Shown: positions 33,906-47,230, counted from the first letter of the stretch. The stretch: DNA of 64,000 nucleotides from Vicugna vicugna (GCA_013265495.1 MU063897.1:6412489-6476488); one strand, 5' to 3'. A program made the numbers and translations. The notes: generated from the letters alone by a model not told the origin.

Positions 33906-35239
33906 CCATCACCATCTTTTCAGCCTCTTGGCTTTCCTGCCCTCCCACCCCTCAAGAACACCCCTGTCTCTGCCTGGAAGCCTCCCCTGACCCAGGCCTC
34001 TCCCTCCCTATCTGTCTCTGAACCTTCCCTCAACATCCTAGTCCAGGTGGAGGTCTGGCTCCCCCAGGCTGTCTTCCCTGCACATCCCTGGCCCCTAGAG
34101 GTCTGGCTCCCTCTCCAAGGTCCCCCTGCCCTCCTGATCTGAGCATCTCCACCGGGCCTGCTTGACCACCTCATACTCAACAACTGTCCCTGGTGCACTG
34201 GCTAGGCCTGCCCTCCTGGGAAGAGGACCACAGGGGACTGGCCCCTCCACCCAGGCCCTCCAGAGAGCTTTAGCCAGTGCTGACCTCAGGCCTTTAGCAG
34301 ACTCACAATGACAGTCCCTCTCCACTCTGGTTGCAGAAACTCAGTGCCTAGTGATAAGCACCACCCCACCTCCCTGAGCCCCCAGGCAAGGGTGGGGCAG
34401 TGCTTTCCCACCTTCCCTGCAGCTGCATTCTCCTCAGACTCCCTGTAGGGGCTCCGGTCCTCAACCAGCATTTACTGAGCACCTATTATGTGCAAGGCCC
34501 TGGAGGTCACAGCATTGAGTGAAACAGATTTAAAACAGACTCAAAACAGACTCATCCCCCACCTGGGGGAGGACAATAAGCAACTGGATAAAGCAGACTG
34601 ATAAACTGGGTTAAGAGCTGTGAAGAAAGCGATAAAGAAGCTGAATGAAGAAAGGAAGGGCTCTCTGAGGAAGAGAGGATTAGAGAAGCCCCAGGGGCAG
34701 ATGGAAAGGCAGAGGCAAGGGCTGGGGGCTGGGAAGGGGTAGGGGCTGTGGCTGGGACAGGGACCAGGTCATCCCAGGTGCAGGCCGAGGGGAAGCTCCT
34801 GGAAGTCATCTTAAGCACTGCGGAAAGCCATGGGGGTGTTGGCTCACACAGGCTTTCTGGAAAGCTCCCTCCCCTGCTATTTAGGGGGGACTGGAGGTCG
34901 GTGAAGGGAGGAGGGGAGGGAAGAAACAGCAGTGGGTCCCAGCACCCCTGCCCTTGGGGAGAACAGCCCTGCAGCCGAGAACTCTTTGCCAGCTCCCCAA
35001 GTTCCTTGGGAGATGAGGCCCCGGCTGCTGACAGGGTAGCTGGCTGAGAACGCACCACTTTTGGCTGCCTTGGCCCCCCACCTCACCTCACTCCCTCACT
35101 GGTATCTCCTCCCAGATAAGCTGCCTGAGCGCAAATCCTCATTCCCAAATCTCCTTCTGGAGGATTCTGAACAAGACAGCACCTTTTCCTGTCCCTGGCA
35201 TGTCCCATGGGCCCCCACCTGCCCACCAAGATCCTCGTG

Positions 35240-35500
35240 GTGCAGGACCCAGCACGGCGCCCAACACCCCTCGGCGGCTTCACCGAGACATGCGGGCTGT
35301 GGGCCAGCGTGGGACAACCCGTGTCCTCGGGCTCCCCAGGCAGCTGCCCGCGGCGCTGCAGGTCCCCGTGGGCCTCGCAGGTGCCCTTTCCTGATTGGGG
35401 TGGGGGCCTGGGCACTCCTGGCTATTAATCTTGAATTCTTTGGCTTGGCAAGCGCAGCCGTCTCTAATCAGGAGCCTGCCTCTGCCTAATTAAATCAGAC
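35240..35500. promoter_or_regulatory. CpG-rich patch with adjacent TAAT-rich segment; candidate promoter or enhancer in intron 5
   Basis: About 14 CpGs in 35250-35380; TATTAAT, CTAATC and CTAATTAAAT at 35420-35500; no repeat recognised. Confidence 0.4.
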
Positions 35501-36089
35501 TTGACCACAGCCCAGCTCCCACTTCCCTGGCCAGAGCAGCTGGCCCCCCTTCCCTGTCCCTCAGCCAGTCTCTGATTCAATTCTCTGTAAGGGCCTCCAG
35601 GTGCCTTTCTGTGCACCAGCTCTCAGGATGCTCTGGAAATCAGCTGGGAGAGTTTCTGAGAGCTGGAAGGAACACTGGACTCTGAGTCAAAAAACCTGGT
35701 TCAAGTCCAGTTTCTCTGGGTGACCTCAGGCAAGTCACTTCCCTGCAATGGGCTGCAGACCCGTCAGTGCAGCCTTGGAGCTGGGCTGGAGGATGTCTGG
35801 GGAACGCTGGGCTCTGAAGGCTGGGACTGCTGGCAGCCTTCCCCTCCTGCCTCTCCACAGACACAGCCAAGATGGAAGAGGCTGCTTTGACGGCTCAAGA
35901 AACTGCAAACTCACTTGCCTGCAAGTTGAGCTGTGAGTGTTCTATGGGCCTTGGGTAGCCAGGCCTCCTCCCGCACACGTTAGCCCCTCAACCATAGCAA
36001 CAGTAATCACAGGTCCCATTTATTCTGAACAGGTGCCATGCAATGTCTAAACACGAGCTTTATTGAGGAGCAAGACAGGTAAGAGCCAG

Positions 36090-36245
36090 GCTCTCCTGCC
36101 AGACTGTTGGGACCTAGCTATTTCTGCCACTTAGCAGCTTTGCCAGTCACGTGACTACTCTATTTCTTAGTGGCGTAATCTGTAAACTGGGGGAAATAAC
36201 TGTACCCACCTAATGGATAGATGTAAAAATTAAATGAGCTAAAAC
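36090..36245. mobile_element. MIR, truncated near the 36494 L1
   Basis: CTGCCACTTAGCAGCT..GCCAGTCAC...CTGTAAACTGGGGGAAATAA..GTACCCACCT....GTAAAAATTAAATGAG core. Confidence 0.6.
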
Positions 36246-36493
36246 ATAATTGCTTTCTACTAACCCCCTGGGCTGCCTGGAACTTTCCCTGGTAGAAAGT
36301 TGGGCATCTTGTGGCTCAGTCCCCAGATCTGTTGTCTGTGCCCCATGGCCTTCTGAAATGGCTTGGGGGAAAGTAAGCATCGAGGACACGGTGTGCTGAT
36401 CCGTGGAGCCAAACTGTGTATGTACTTCCTGGGGGTGGGGATGAAGTTCAGAGTGGGCACCCAGTGGGCCACTGGAATCAAATAGGCAGGGAA

Positions 36494-36901
36494 AATGTCC
36501 ATTGACAGATGACTGGATAAAGAAGATGTGTTATGCATATACAATGGAATACTACTCAGCCATAAAAAAGAATGAAAGAATGCCATTTGCAGCAACACGG
36601 AGGGACCTGGAGATTATTATACTAAGTGAAGTCAAAGAAAGACAGATATCATGTGATATCACTTATATGTGGAATCTGGAATATGATACAAATGAACTTA
36701 CTTACAAAACAGAAACAGATACACACATATAGAAAACAAACTTATGATTACCAAAGGGGAAAGGGGGAGGGATAAATCAGGAGTTTGGGATTAGCAGATA
36801 CAAACTACTGTATATAAAATGGATTAACCCAACAAGGTCCTGCTGTATAGCACAGGAAACTATATTCAGTATCTTATAATAAACCATAATGGAAAAGAAA
36901 A
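36494..36901 (+). mobile_element. 5'-truncated L1 (ORF2 C-terminus plus 3'UTR), older subfamily
   Basis: Translates to DWIKKM.Y.YTMEYYSAIKKNE..PFAAT..DLE.IILSEV, a typical L1 ORF2 end. 14-bp TSD AAATAGGCAGGGAA at 36480-36493 and 36902-36915. Confidence 0.92.
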
Positions 36902-37189
36902 AAATAGGCAGGGAAGGTACCCACTGAAATGGGTGCCCTCATCCCTCCACCCTGGGCCTCTACTCAACGGCCAGTCCACCTCAGGCCTGCCCCTGGGCTA
37001 CTGAGCAATTTGTTCAAGGGCCAAAGCAGCTGAGACTATGGGAAGGTCTAGAAACCAGACCAGCACACAAGTGAGGAAGAACTCAGTCCCTGGGAACATG
37101 CATTTTCTCTTCCCAGACAGGAGCAGAGGGAAGGGATGCCAGTGGGCTCCTAAAGGAACCCTGGAGTCCGGGAAGGAGTTAAAAACCTC

Positions 37190-37335
37190 CCTCTGGGATC
37201 TTTCTAGGGTGATGAAATTTTCTAAAACTGGATTGTGAATGGTTTCACAACTCTGTAAATTTACTAATAGTCATTGGATTAATTGTACAGTTCAAATGAG
37301 TGAAGTTTGTATTATATAAATTATTCCTCCATTAG
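37190..37335 (+). mobile_element. Old L1 (L1MB/L1MC-like) 3' fragment
   Basis: GGGTGATGAAATTTTCTAAAACTGGATTGTG ... CACAACTCTGTAAATTTACTAA resembles old L1M 3' ends. Confidence 0.65.
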
Positions 37336-40300
37336 GCTGTTTGAAAAACAAAATCCCCATTCCTGCCCTGAGCACTGGGGCAGGCCTTGCCCAAAAGGCC
37401 TCTAATGGGAGCCTCAGACTGCGTGTCCTGGGTTGGGGGGGGGTGATCACATTGATTTAGGATCCCCCATGTGACAGATGGGCTACATGTTAGAGAGGGG
37501 GTGGGAGGCTTAAGGGCTTGGTCTGGGGCTGGAGTCACAGCTGCCCCCAAGACCCAAGTCAGGTCTCAGTTTGTCTGGGGAAAGGGAGACCTGCTCTTTT
37601 GGGGGCTTCCAGAACCACTGTGCCCATCCTGAAAGTGGAGCTGGAAAGCACCCACCCCTCCTCAGAGGTCTGACCCCACAGCAGGAGGCCCTCCACAGGC
37701 TGGACCCTGCAACCTTCTCACCTGGTGAGAAGCCTGGATTCCCCTTCAAGCCCCCAAGTGTGGGAGGTGTCCTCACCGATATCTCCAGCCACTCCCTACC
37801 CTGTGAGCACAGCAACCATGGGGTACTGATTCTAACATTCTGCTCTATGGTCAGATGAATGGTCCTGTCTTGCAGTTTGGAGCCAGTCGCCCTGGCCATG
37901 GACCCTGTGATTTTCTTCATCACACCTGTGTGGTCAGTGGGGTGCAGACCTGGAGTTGGAAGGGTTTGAATACAGCCTCTGACATTTACTAGCTGAGGGG
38001 TGACGCAACCAATCTGAGCCTAAGGTTTCTCATCCTCAAAAAGGAGGCATAAAACCTCAGAGGATTATACTGATGGTTAAACAAGATAGATCATACTCAA
38101 AGGTCCAGCACAGCTTCTGGCAGAATCAGCCAAGCCTGCAAGCGCCTGCCAGGATGCTGACTGGTGTAATATCCAATGGGGCCACAAGGTGGAGCCAGAC
38201 ACACATAGAGCCCACGAACTAAGACGCTGGAAGTGACCCAAAGTTACAATGGTGCTTAAACTCCAGTCTAGCTTAGGACCCAATTTACAGGGCCTATGAA
38301 GGGGATAGTGGTCCATGATGTCCAGAATACTTGTCTCTTTCACATCTGACTTACGGTGAATGTCTCACAGCCCTCAGTCCCCACTCCAGATGCTGGTTGT
38401 TACATGCTTGGACTATTGACAATAGCCTACTGGTCTGGATAGGATCACAGAATATCAGAGCCAGGAGGGACTCTAGAGACCCCCAAATTTTGCACCCTCA
38501 CCTGAAACTGAAGTGTAGAAGGGGTTAACGACTGTCCAAAATCACCAGCTGGACGTTGGATGCCCCAGGCCCATCTCCTCTGGCGCAGCTCAAGCCAACA
38601 TTCTCACTCTCCAGGAAGATAGACTTTCTTTTCGTTTAAAGAAAATGGAAACTTCTTGAAACTGCCCCAGTCCTTGCTCCTGTGCCCTGCTACCTCCCAC
38701 AGCAGCGAGCCAGGACCTGCCAGGTCTCTCCTCAGAACATGAGCTCCCCACAGGCAGGGCTGAGCCGTACCCACTTCTGTGGCCTTGGGCCTCACACCAA
38801 GAAAATGATGAAAAACGTTTGAATGAACAAATGCTTGCTGCCTGGATGCCACCAGAGGAAGCCTGGTCTAGGGGCTGAAGACCTGGGTCTTAGGTTCCGC
38901 TCTGCCACAACTCCCTGGGGAGGGGCAGCCAGGGGAATGGTTACAATGCAGGGATGGCAATTACAAGACAAAGGAACTAAGACTCCCCTCAAACAGGACA
39001 TAGCAGCAAAGCAGGCCTCAGGGGCTCTCTGGGGGGGCTCTGGAGCCTCCAAAGGGTGCCATCGTCCAGGGGGCATGGGGGTGGGCACGGGGGGCCCTGG
39101 GCACCTGCACACCAGGACCATCCCCCGGGGCTGAGGTTTCAGGGAAACATAAGCCTGAGAAAATATCAAGGACCCTGCCCACACCCCCTCCCTGTATTGG
39201 GACATCCTTCCCCACCCTGCCACCTCCTTTCCATCTGGCTTGCAGGAGCTCAAAGTCCTGTGCCAGACCTGAACACGGAGTAACCTCTCTGCCTGGCCAT
39301 GGCCCTCACAGCTCTTGCTCTGAGCTGGCCGGTCTAGAGCTGGCCTCCCACCTGCTTGCCCACCCAGCATGACAGCCAGGCCCTCAGAAGTCCTCATTCC
39401 CTGGAGCCAACACCCCTTTCAAGTGGGCTGAACACAGCTTCCTATGGGCCCTTCCTCCCACCTGCCCACCCAGGTTAAAGGAAGCCATGGCAGGGGGCGG
39501 GCAGGAGCACAGAACATCAAGTTCTGTGCTGTTCCAGTCCCCAGCCTCGGGTGGACCCACAGTCCTGAGGTCCAGCTGGCTTTCTCTAACCCATCAGCGT
39601 AAAGAGGCTATTTGTGCAGCTGTCAGGGGCAGAGGGGTTGGAAGGACAGTGTGGCCGACATCTCTGGCCAGATGGGTGTGGTAGGGCCTGCTGGGTGCAG
39701 AGAGCTGTCCCGCTGACAAGGGTCTGACCAGGACTCAATAGAGCATGGTGCAGGTGCGTGGGCTGCCCCCTCCAATTTCCAAACTGCCCGTCCCTTGGGG
39801 ATGGCCAGGAACATGGATGCCTCAGAGTTCCCAGTGGCCAGCAGAGTGCCTGAGGGTGGAGGGGACAGCTTCACCCCCCCAGTTGGCACCAACCCTGGTG
39901 AGAACTCCCAGAGCTGAGAGAGGCTCGGGAAATGTCAGCCCAGCTCCTGTCTTCAGCTTGACCCAACTCCATTACCCTAGGATTTTCTGAGTGGCCACTG
40001 GGCACCCAGGTCTGGGCTGATGGAGGAAAGTGGGGGAAAGAATAGAAAGTTCCCGTTTACTGAGCATCGGTGACGGCCAGGCACCCCAAAGGTATTTTTT
40101 TTCCAAAGGCATTTATACCCATGAGTTCCCTTGAACCTCACAACTATCCCGCCAAGAGGGCACTGTTGGCCCCTTTAACAGAGGGGGAAACCAAGATGGG
40201 AACAGGTGAAGCGACTCATTCAAGGCCACAAGCAGAGCTGGGGGTTCTGACTGTTGTCTTCAGAATCAGTTTAACTCAATTCAAAATTCCCACCTAGTGG

Positions 40301-43199
40301 TAGCCTTGAGCCTTGAGTTCGTTGGCCCGCACGGTCCCTGGCACACAGTAGGTGCTCAGTGAACACCTGCTGGGTGAAGGCCGCAGCAGAGACATGTTCT
40401 CAGGGCTCTTCCCAGGACCTTCCTCTGCCTCCCAGGGAAGGGGAAGGGAGAGGAGAAGTGACCTGACTCTCAGCACCTCCTACGTGCTCCACACACAGCA
40501 CCTCACTTCATTCTCCTCAGTGCCGGGCAAGTAGGTGTGACTTACGGAGAAAGTAAAGCTGCTGTCAGTGGAAGCCTAGATTCTGAGATCCGGAGTCAGG
40601 CTCCCAGGCAGGCCTGACCTGGAGTTCGACTGGGATCGAGGCTGTGGGGGCTCCTGGAGGAGCCTCCCCAAACTCTCGGGGCCCTCCTGGATGCCCTGCC
40701 ACACACACTCCCTGTCTTCCTGCTGGGTCCTGAGGCAGGGCTGGCAAAGTCCCCTTTGTCCTCCTGGACCCTGCTTTCCCCTGGGAAGGGCCACCCTGGC
40801 CTCCATTTTCTTCCGAAATATAAATGGGGCAGGAGGCTGGGAGGCCTTGTAAGGAGCGCCTTTTCTGGGGTCTGACCTCACATCACCCCAGCCCCAGAGG
40901 AGCTGCCTGTCCTCTGCTGGGGTCCTCCAACCCTGGAAGCCTGGCTCAGTGCCCTCCACCTCAGCTGCTGGGCCACCTTCACAAAGCTCCGGCCCAGACC
41001 CAAACCCAGAGCTCCATCCGTATCGGGTAGGACAGCCTCCCTGTCTCGCTGGCCTGCCCGGGCACAGACCTAGCGGGTGGCAGGGGTGTTGAGGGTGGAC
41101 CCCAGGCCAGATGGAAGCTGGCCCTTTGGGCAAGCTGGGGCAGGGACAGACAGTCCCGCCAAACATTGAGCCATTGTTTTAGGCCACAACAGAGGGTGGC
41201 TCTGTGGCCCTGGGGCTGACGAACAAAAACCTGTTCAGCAAGGCCCTGTTCCTCCTGTGCAATTTCAAGAATTTAACCAGGCTGGCTGGCTTCAGTTGGA
41301 AGAAATGGGCCGAGGCGACAGGAGCAGGCCTGGAGCTGAGAGGCGCGTCAGAGAGCAGAAGACCCTCAACCTGCTATGTGAGCCCACTATGCACTGCTGC
41401 TGTGTGGGTGGCCCTACTGACTGCAGCTCCCAGGCAGTGGGCTGGCACCAGGCACATGAGCGGGATGTGATGAGATGGGGCACACTGACCCAAGCCTGGC
41501 CGCTGTTTTCCCCTCTGCAATGGAGGGGGGCGCAAATGCGTGTATGCCCACCTGCCCACGGGCTCAGGCCATGAGCAGAGGGCCAACCATGTCAGGCTGT
41601 GGAAGGAGGCGGCACCCCCACAAGTGGCAGACCGGGGGTTGCCCTCCTGCTGTTGCTGCGGTTTCCCCACCGACCCAGGGCTGCCACGATGATGACAGTG
41701 AGCCCGGCCTTGGGTAGTGCTGACCTGACCACATGCCAGGTCTGTTCTGGGGTTTTCCACGTGCTAAGGTGCCACCCTCCCAGCAGCCCTGGGGGAGCAG
41801 GCACTGTTGTTATTCTCACTCTATAGATAAGGAAACTGAGGCACAGACGGCAAGGGAACCCAGACCACCTCACTCCAGAGGAGTCGAAAGTGCTATTCAC
41901 TCTGCAACCTTGGTGGTGGGCAGTGCAATTCTGAATGCTGTTAAACAGCACTGACTTGGATTCAGTCAACATTTACCAGGTGCCAGGCCCCCGTGGTGGG
42001 GAGAGACCACAAGCGGACAACGTGGTGTGGCCAGTGCCACGCCCAAGGCTGCGGGCTTTGGGGAGGCTTCCTGGAATGTCTGAGGGCTGACTAGGACCAG
42101 GTAGGTGGGAAGGGGGACAGGAGCACTCCAGATGGAGGGAAAAGCCGGGCCTGGGCTACACTCCTGTGCAGGCACCTAAGAATGAAGGCGGTGGGCCAGG
42201 AGGCTGGAGAGATGGGAAGGCTGGTCTCAGCCCTCGGGCCTCAGAGGGCTGCGCCTCCCCTGTCCCTTCTGCAAGGATTGTGCACAATGCTGGGAGTCTG
42301 AGCACAGGGCTTGCAGAGAGCTGTTTGAGAACCTGCAGGTTCACTGTTTCAATTGGATGCAAATTTAAACTTGAATAAAAAGAGGCATTTGCTGGTCATG
42401 TGATTGACTGGGCTGAGAGTCCTGCCTTAGCTCCAGTTTCCATCACTGACATCACTGGGGAATCTGAGCTGAGGGACTGGCTGCTTGGGGGCCCCTGGAT
42501 CTGCGGAAGGTAGGTCAGGTGACACCTGCCTCCCTGGCCCAGTGGCCCAGTGGCCCAGCAATGGGATCTTGAGCACTCAAACACAGCTCAGCACAGTTGA
42601 GCTGGCATGTGTGACCCTGGGACATTGTGCCAGGTGGCCCAGTGCACAGCCCAGGGGTCACCCTGGGGGCTGCAGGGGTGCTGAGGTGTGGCTTCCACGA
42701 GGCCAGGCTCATTTGGTTGTCAGCGTTAACGCTCAGGACCACCCAGGCCTGGTCCTGCACTGAATTCTGTTGAGTTTCAGGGATGCGTCTTTGTCCCCCT
42801 CCTTTAGATCTGGCGACCAGGGATCTTCCCACCACAAGCCACCCACATGGCTTCCCCAGAATCCACACAGGAGAGGCTAGGGCTCATCATCCCCAGCTTC
42901 CTGTGCCGGCCACTTGCCAACTGGGTGACCTCAGGGCAGCTACTCAGTTCTCTGTACAGTGACGTCACTGTCTACCACCCATGGGAGGCTAACACAAAGC
43001 CTGAATGACACCAGTCACCCATTTGGCAGACTTCCCCCAAGTGCCCGCACTGGGAACATGGTGTGAACAGGATTAGTTCAAGCTCTACTCTCCTGGACTG
43101 ACAGCAGCGCAGGGAGGGAACTGGTCACCTGGGAGGTGCTGAGAAGTTCTGTGAAGAAAGATGAAGCCAGGAGGGGGACAGCCAGTGCTGGGGGATTTT

Positions 43200-43765
43200 A
43201 AACAGGAAGGTCAGGGATAGCTTCACTGGGCAGCTATTTGAGTAAAGACTACAAGGAGGTGGGGGACCAGGTTGGGGCTCTCTTGGGGAGGGGCCAAGTG
43301 TTTCAGGCAGAGGGAAAAGCCACTGCGAAGTCCCCAAGACAGGAACACAGCTGGAAGGTTCGAGAAGCAGCGAGTAGGTTTAAGTGGCTGGAGTAGAGCT
43401 GGGTGGGAGGGTCAGGAAGTGCCACCGGGGATGAGGGGAGGGCACAGGGCCTTGACTCTGAGTGACTCAGGAGGCATGGAGGATTTTGAGCAGAGAAGTG
43501 ACACGAGCTGATGTATATTTTTAAATGATCACTTCTTCCCTGTGTTGAAAGTGGACCACAGAGGGTGAGGGCAGAAGCAGGGAGACCAGTCAGGCCAGGA
43601 TCCAGGGGAGAGATGCTAGCTTGGCCCCCTTGGGGTAGCAGCAGGGGAGATGGTGAGACATGGTCAGGGTCTGGGTAGATCCCAAAGCAGCGCCCACAGG
43701 ATGTGCTGATGAACTGGACGGAGGGGTGTGAAGGAAAGCAGTGAATCTAGAAGAATGCCAAGGTT
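43200..43765. mobile_element. L2 remnant
   Basis: GACTCTGAGTGAC..GGAGGCATGGAGGATTTTGAGCAGAGAAGTGACAC..GCTGATGTATATTTTTAAATGATCACT is an L2 motif. Confidence 0.65.
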
Positions 43766-43770
43766 TGGGG

Positions 43771-43927
43771 GGCAGTTTAGTGGTAGCTCAGTGGTAGAGT
43801 GCATGCTTAGCATGCACAAGGTCCTGGGTTCAGTCCCCAGTACCTCTCTTAGAAAATAAATAAGCAAACAAACAAACAAATAAATAAATAAACCAAATTA
43901 TCCCCTTTCCCCAAAAAAATTTTGAAA
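43771..43927 (+). mobile_element. tRNA-Ala-derived SINE, same family
   Basis: Same body and tail as the 30621 copy. TSD AAGAA(T/C)GCCAAGGTTTGGGG at 43751-43770 and 43928-43947; inserted in an L2 remnant. Confidence 0.9.
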
Positions 43928-45902
43928 AAGAACGCCAAGGTTTGGGGCCTGAGCCAGGGGCCCCAGAAGAGCTCAGCACTGCACATACAGCAGAGTAACC
44001 TTTGGCCAGTAGTCAGGGGAGGTAAGGGCAGGGCCCCTGGGGTGAAACCTCCATGGTTGCCTGTGCCAGACTCACCAGTGCCAGACTCACCAAAGATGCT
44101 TATAAAGTACATCCTTTCTGCGCAAGGCCCGTGGTCCAGAGCAACCACTAGCAGCCCAGGGATGGGCCCTGTTCTCCAGCCACAGAAGCCAACGAGTGGC
44201 CTGGGATCAAAGCTGAGGAGCCGGGGCCTGATGCCCACCTCCCCCACCAAGGTGGGGCTGCTGCAGGCCTTGTCTTCCCTGCAAGATGGAAAGGGCCACG
44301 GTCCCCTGACCCCAGCCTCCTGTGAGCACTCAGAGGTCCTGCAGCAGCACACTTGAAAGGGGCCAGGGTTATCTGCAAAATTCCAATTAAATCCACAGGC
44401 TTTGATAATTTGATAAGCCACTCCACCGTCGCCCCAGAGTCAAAATATGCTGTTACTCGATCCTGTGTTTATGTTTCAGGACGGAGAGGGGAAGTGTACG
44501 ACAGCCTGGGAGGGAGGGCATGCAGGCAGTGGGCTGATAGATGGTCAGCCTGTCAGCCCAGGGTCACCCCTGGGTCTGGGCTCTAAGGCGAGCACACTCT
44601 GCATGGAACACGGGTCTCTCCTGGCAGATCCTGGAGGCTGAGAGGGGCCAGGGCCTGGGGACAGGGAGAAGCCCTTCAGAATTGGGTGGCCGCAGCTGAC
44701 CCCACTTCCCGAGCCTCAGGCCTGTCTTGTGCTGGAGGGGTTCCTGTACTGAGGCCATCTCTTGCCAGATGAGCTGTGAACTGGTCCAGGTGGCCAGTAC
44801 TACCTCAAGAAAGAGGCAGAGAACCCTCATTGCCATGGTGACTTAGAGGCCAAATGCTTTACGACTCCTCCCTGCAAAAGTCAGGCTGTGATCTGCAGGG
44901 GTGGAGCATGCACCCTGAGCCACGCCCCGTTCCGCTCCACAACCTTCCGCGGTCAACACTGCTGTATGGGCGGACAGCAACAGCTGGGTTATCTCAGTAC
45001 AAGTGTTGTCTCCGTAAGCCCCCTGGACCACTTCAGGAGTCTTGCACACTCCCATTTCAGGGATGGGAACACAGAAAGGCAGAGATCAGAGATCTCTGAA
45101 AGGCAAAAGGTCAGAGATCACAGAGCCTTGGGTGGTGGGCCTAGACCCCAGAGTCTGCCCCGCAAGGCCACACCTGCGGCCTCACCAACATACAGCTGTC
45201 TCTGCAAGCCTGGTTTCCACATTCCTTGAGGACCTTCCAGGGATGGGCAAAGGCTGACTTGTTACCATTAGTGCACAAGTCAACAGGTGAAAGAGGACCA
45301 ACTCATTTAGCTGACTGGCAGAGACCGGGTTTAGAGACATGAATTAAAGGCGGGGTCAGGTGATTTTGTGATGACGCCCCGGCTACTTCCCCCTCCAGCA
45401 ACAATCCCTCTCCCCTCCTCTGGGCACAGGATCACGTGTGACTCCAATGACAACCCGCCTGGGGAGGGGCATCTCCTCTCTCCCCTTGGAAGGAAGAGGC
45501 TCTGAGCTCACAAGTGGCAGGGCCAGGCAGACCCGGGGACACTGCTGCCAGGCTCAAGAGCCTTCCTCTGCCCTGGGAGAGTGACGAAGGCTGGAGCAGG
45601 AACACAGAAGGGAGGACAGAGAGGTCACACTGAGAGGTGTCAGGACCACAGTTCTGGTCCCCCTGATACCTCCCCAAACCCGGTGCAAGGAGTGGAAAGA
45701 GTACAGGCCTCTGGAACCAGAAAAATCTGGGTTCAAGTCCTGGCTGCAGCTGTTAGCCTCTGTTTCCTTTTCTGGAGCTTGAGAATAAGAACATGTAACT
45801 CCCGGTGCAAACCTCTCTCACAAGCCTGACACACAGTAGGTACAGTGAGAGTGATGCTTCTCCCACTGGTGAGAACAGACATTTATATCTCAATTTGTTG
45901 TT

Positions 45903-45995
45903 GTTGTTGTCGTTAATGGAAGTACTGGGGATTGAACCCAAGACCTCACGCATGCTAGGCATACACTCTACCACTGAGCTATACCCACCCCTCCT
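45903..45995 (-). mobile_element. tRNA-Ala-derived SINE, minus strand
   Basis: Reverse complement of the family body with an (AAC)n tail. TSD TC(A/G)ATTTGTTGTT at 45890-45902 and 45996-46008. Confidence 0.88.
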
Positions 45996-47029
45996 TCGAT
46001 TTGTTGTTCACAAAGCTCTTTCCCAGCCCGCATGTTACCTAAATTTCACAACTAATCCTTGGAGGTAGCAAGATCAGGGATGAATCACTGTTCCCTTTTT
46101 ACAGATGAGAAAAGAAAGGCTTGGGGAAGGTATGTGAGTGGTCTGCCTTGAAGCGGTGTGCCCAGTCAGCAGCAGAGTCAGAGTGTGAGCTCAACACTAC
46201 ATCCTCTTCCCTGTGGCTTTCCACTACTCCACACTGTGAACCAAGTCACTGATGAGTTTCTGACTGTTTACAGCATTTGCTTGTTTCTTAAGCCTGTGGC
46301 AGCCAGTAAAGGAGATGGCCTTTGTTGTGCCAGGTGAGTCTCTGAGCTGGGTAATGCCTTCCTCTCTCAAAGGGTACAGGCCATTTTAGGCTGTTAGTCT
46401 TACAGCATGGATGAAAAGAGAAGAGCTACTTTAGCTGGGACTGCCATGTATGGATGGGCAGGTTGCACACTCTACAACCTCTATGGCAGTGTTCACAGAA
46501 AGAGCAATGTGAATGGCGTCCCTGCAGCTGTGCAACACACACCCTTGTCTGTAGGCTTTCTCTCCCCATTACTTGATGGCCCCCTGCGTCTCCCCACCTG
46601 TCCCAGACAATTCTTCTGTACTATTATTTCCCTTCCCTCCATAGTACCCATCCCATCTGCCTCTCTCCTGCCCACCCTGGTACTTTTAAGATTTCAGGAG
46701 AACAGAGGTATGGAGGGAGGTGATTGATTAGCATCCTCTTCAGTCCTCTCCCCAATGCTTTTCCCAACCGAACCCTGTTCCCTGTCTGCCTTCTTCTGCT
46801 CATCAGCTCCTTGGTGGAAACTGGATTTTTCCCTCCATTGAGAAGCTACTCTGGGGAGTGAATGTAAGGGTAGTGTTCTGAGCAAGAGAAGGTGGCCATT
46901 AGGATGGAGTTCAGTCGTGTGTGTGAAAAACTGACATGGCTGGGTGGGTCGTCTTGACCATCAGGCCCAGAGTGTCCTGCTTCCAGAGGAAAAAGAAGAC
47001 CTGCTTGGGCCTCATTTCTCCCCAACATG

Positions 47030-47230
47030 AGACATCAGCCAGCTCTGGGTCACTAGGAATCAAAGACTTGTGTTCAAGTCTCATGCCTGTCACATACCCA
47101 ACCAGCTGCATGACTTGGGAAAACACACCTGACCTCATGGGCCTCAGTTTCCTCCTCTGTAAACAGGGCTACTAATATCTATCATAAAATGCTACAAGTA
47201 AAAGCCATCTGGTAAGTGCTCATTGCACAC
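47030..47230. mobile_element. MIR
   Basis: GCTGCATGACTTGGGAAAA..CACCTGACCTCATGGGCCTCAGTTTCCTCCTCTGTAAAC core. Confidence 0.65.

Noticed and set aside
36502-36732. ORF with real protein similarity (DWIKKM...YYSAIKKNE)
   Set aside because: C-terminal fragment of L1 ORF2 in a 5'-truncated insertion, not a host gene.
44063-44092. 15-bp tandem duplication GTGCCAGACTCACCA x2
   Set aside because: Ordinary slippage duplication with no further structure.
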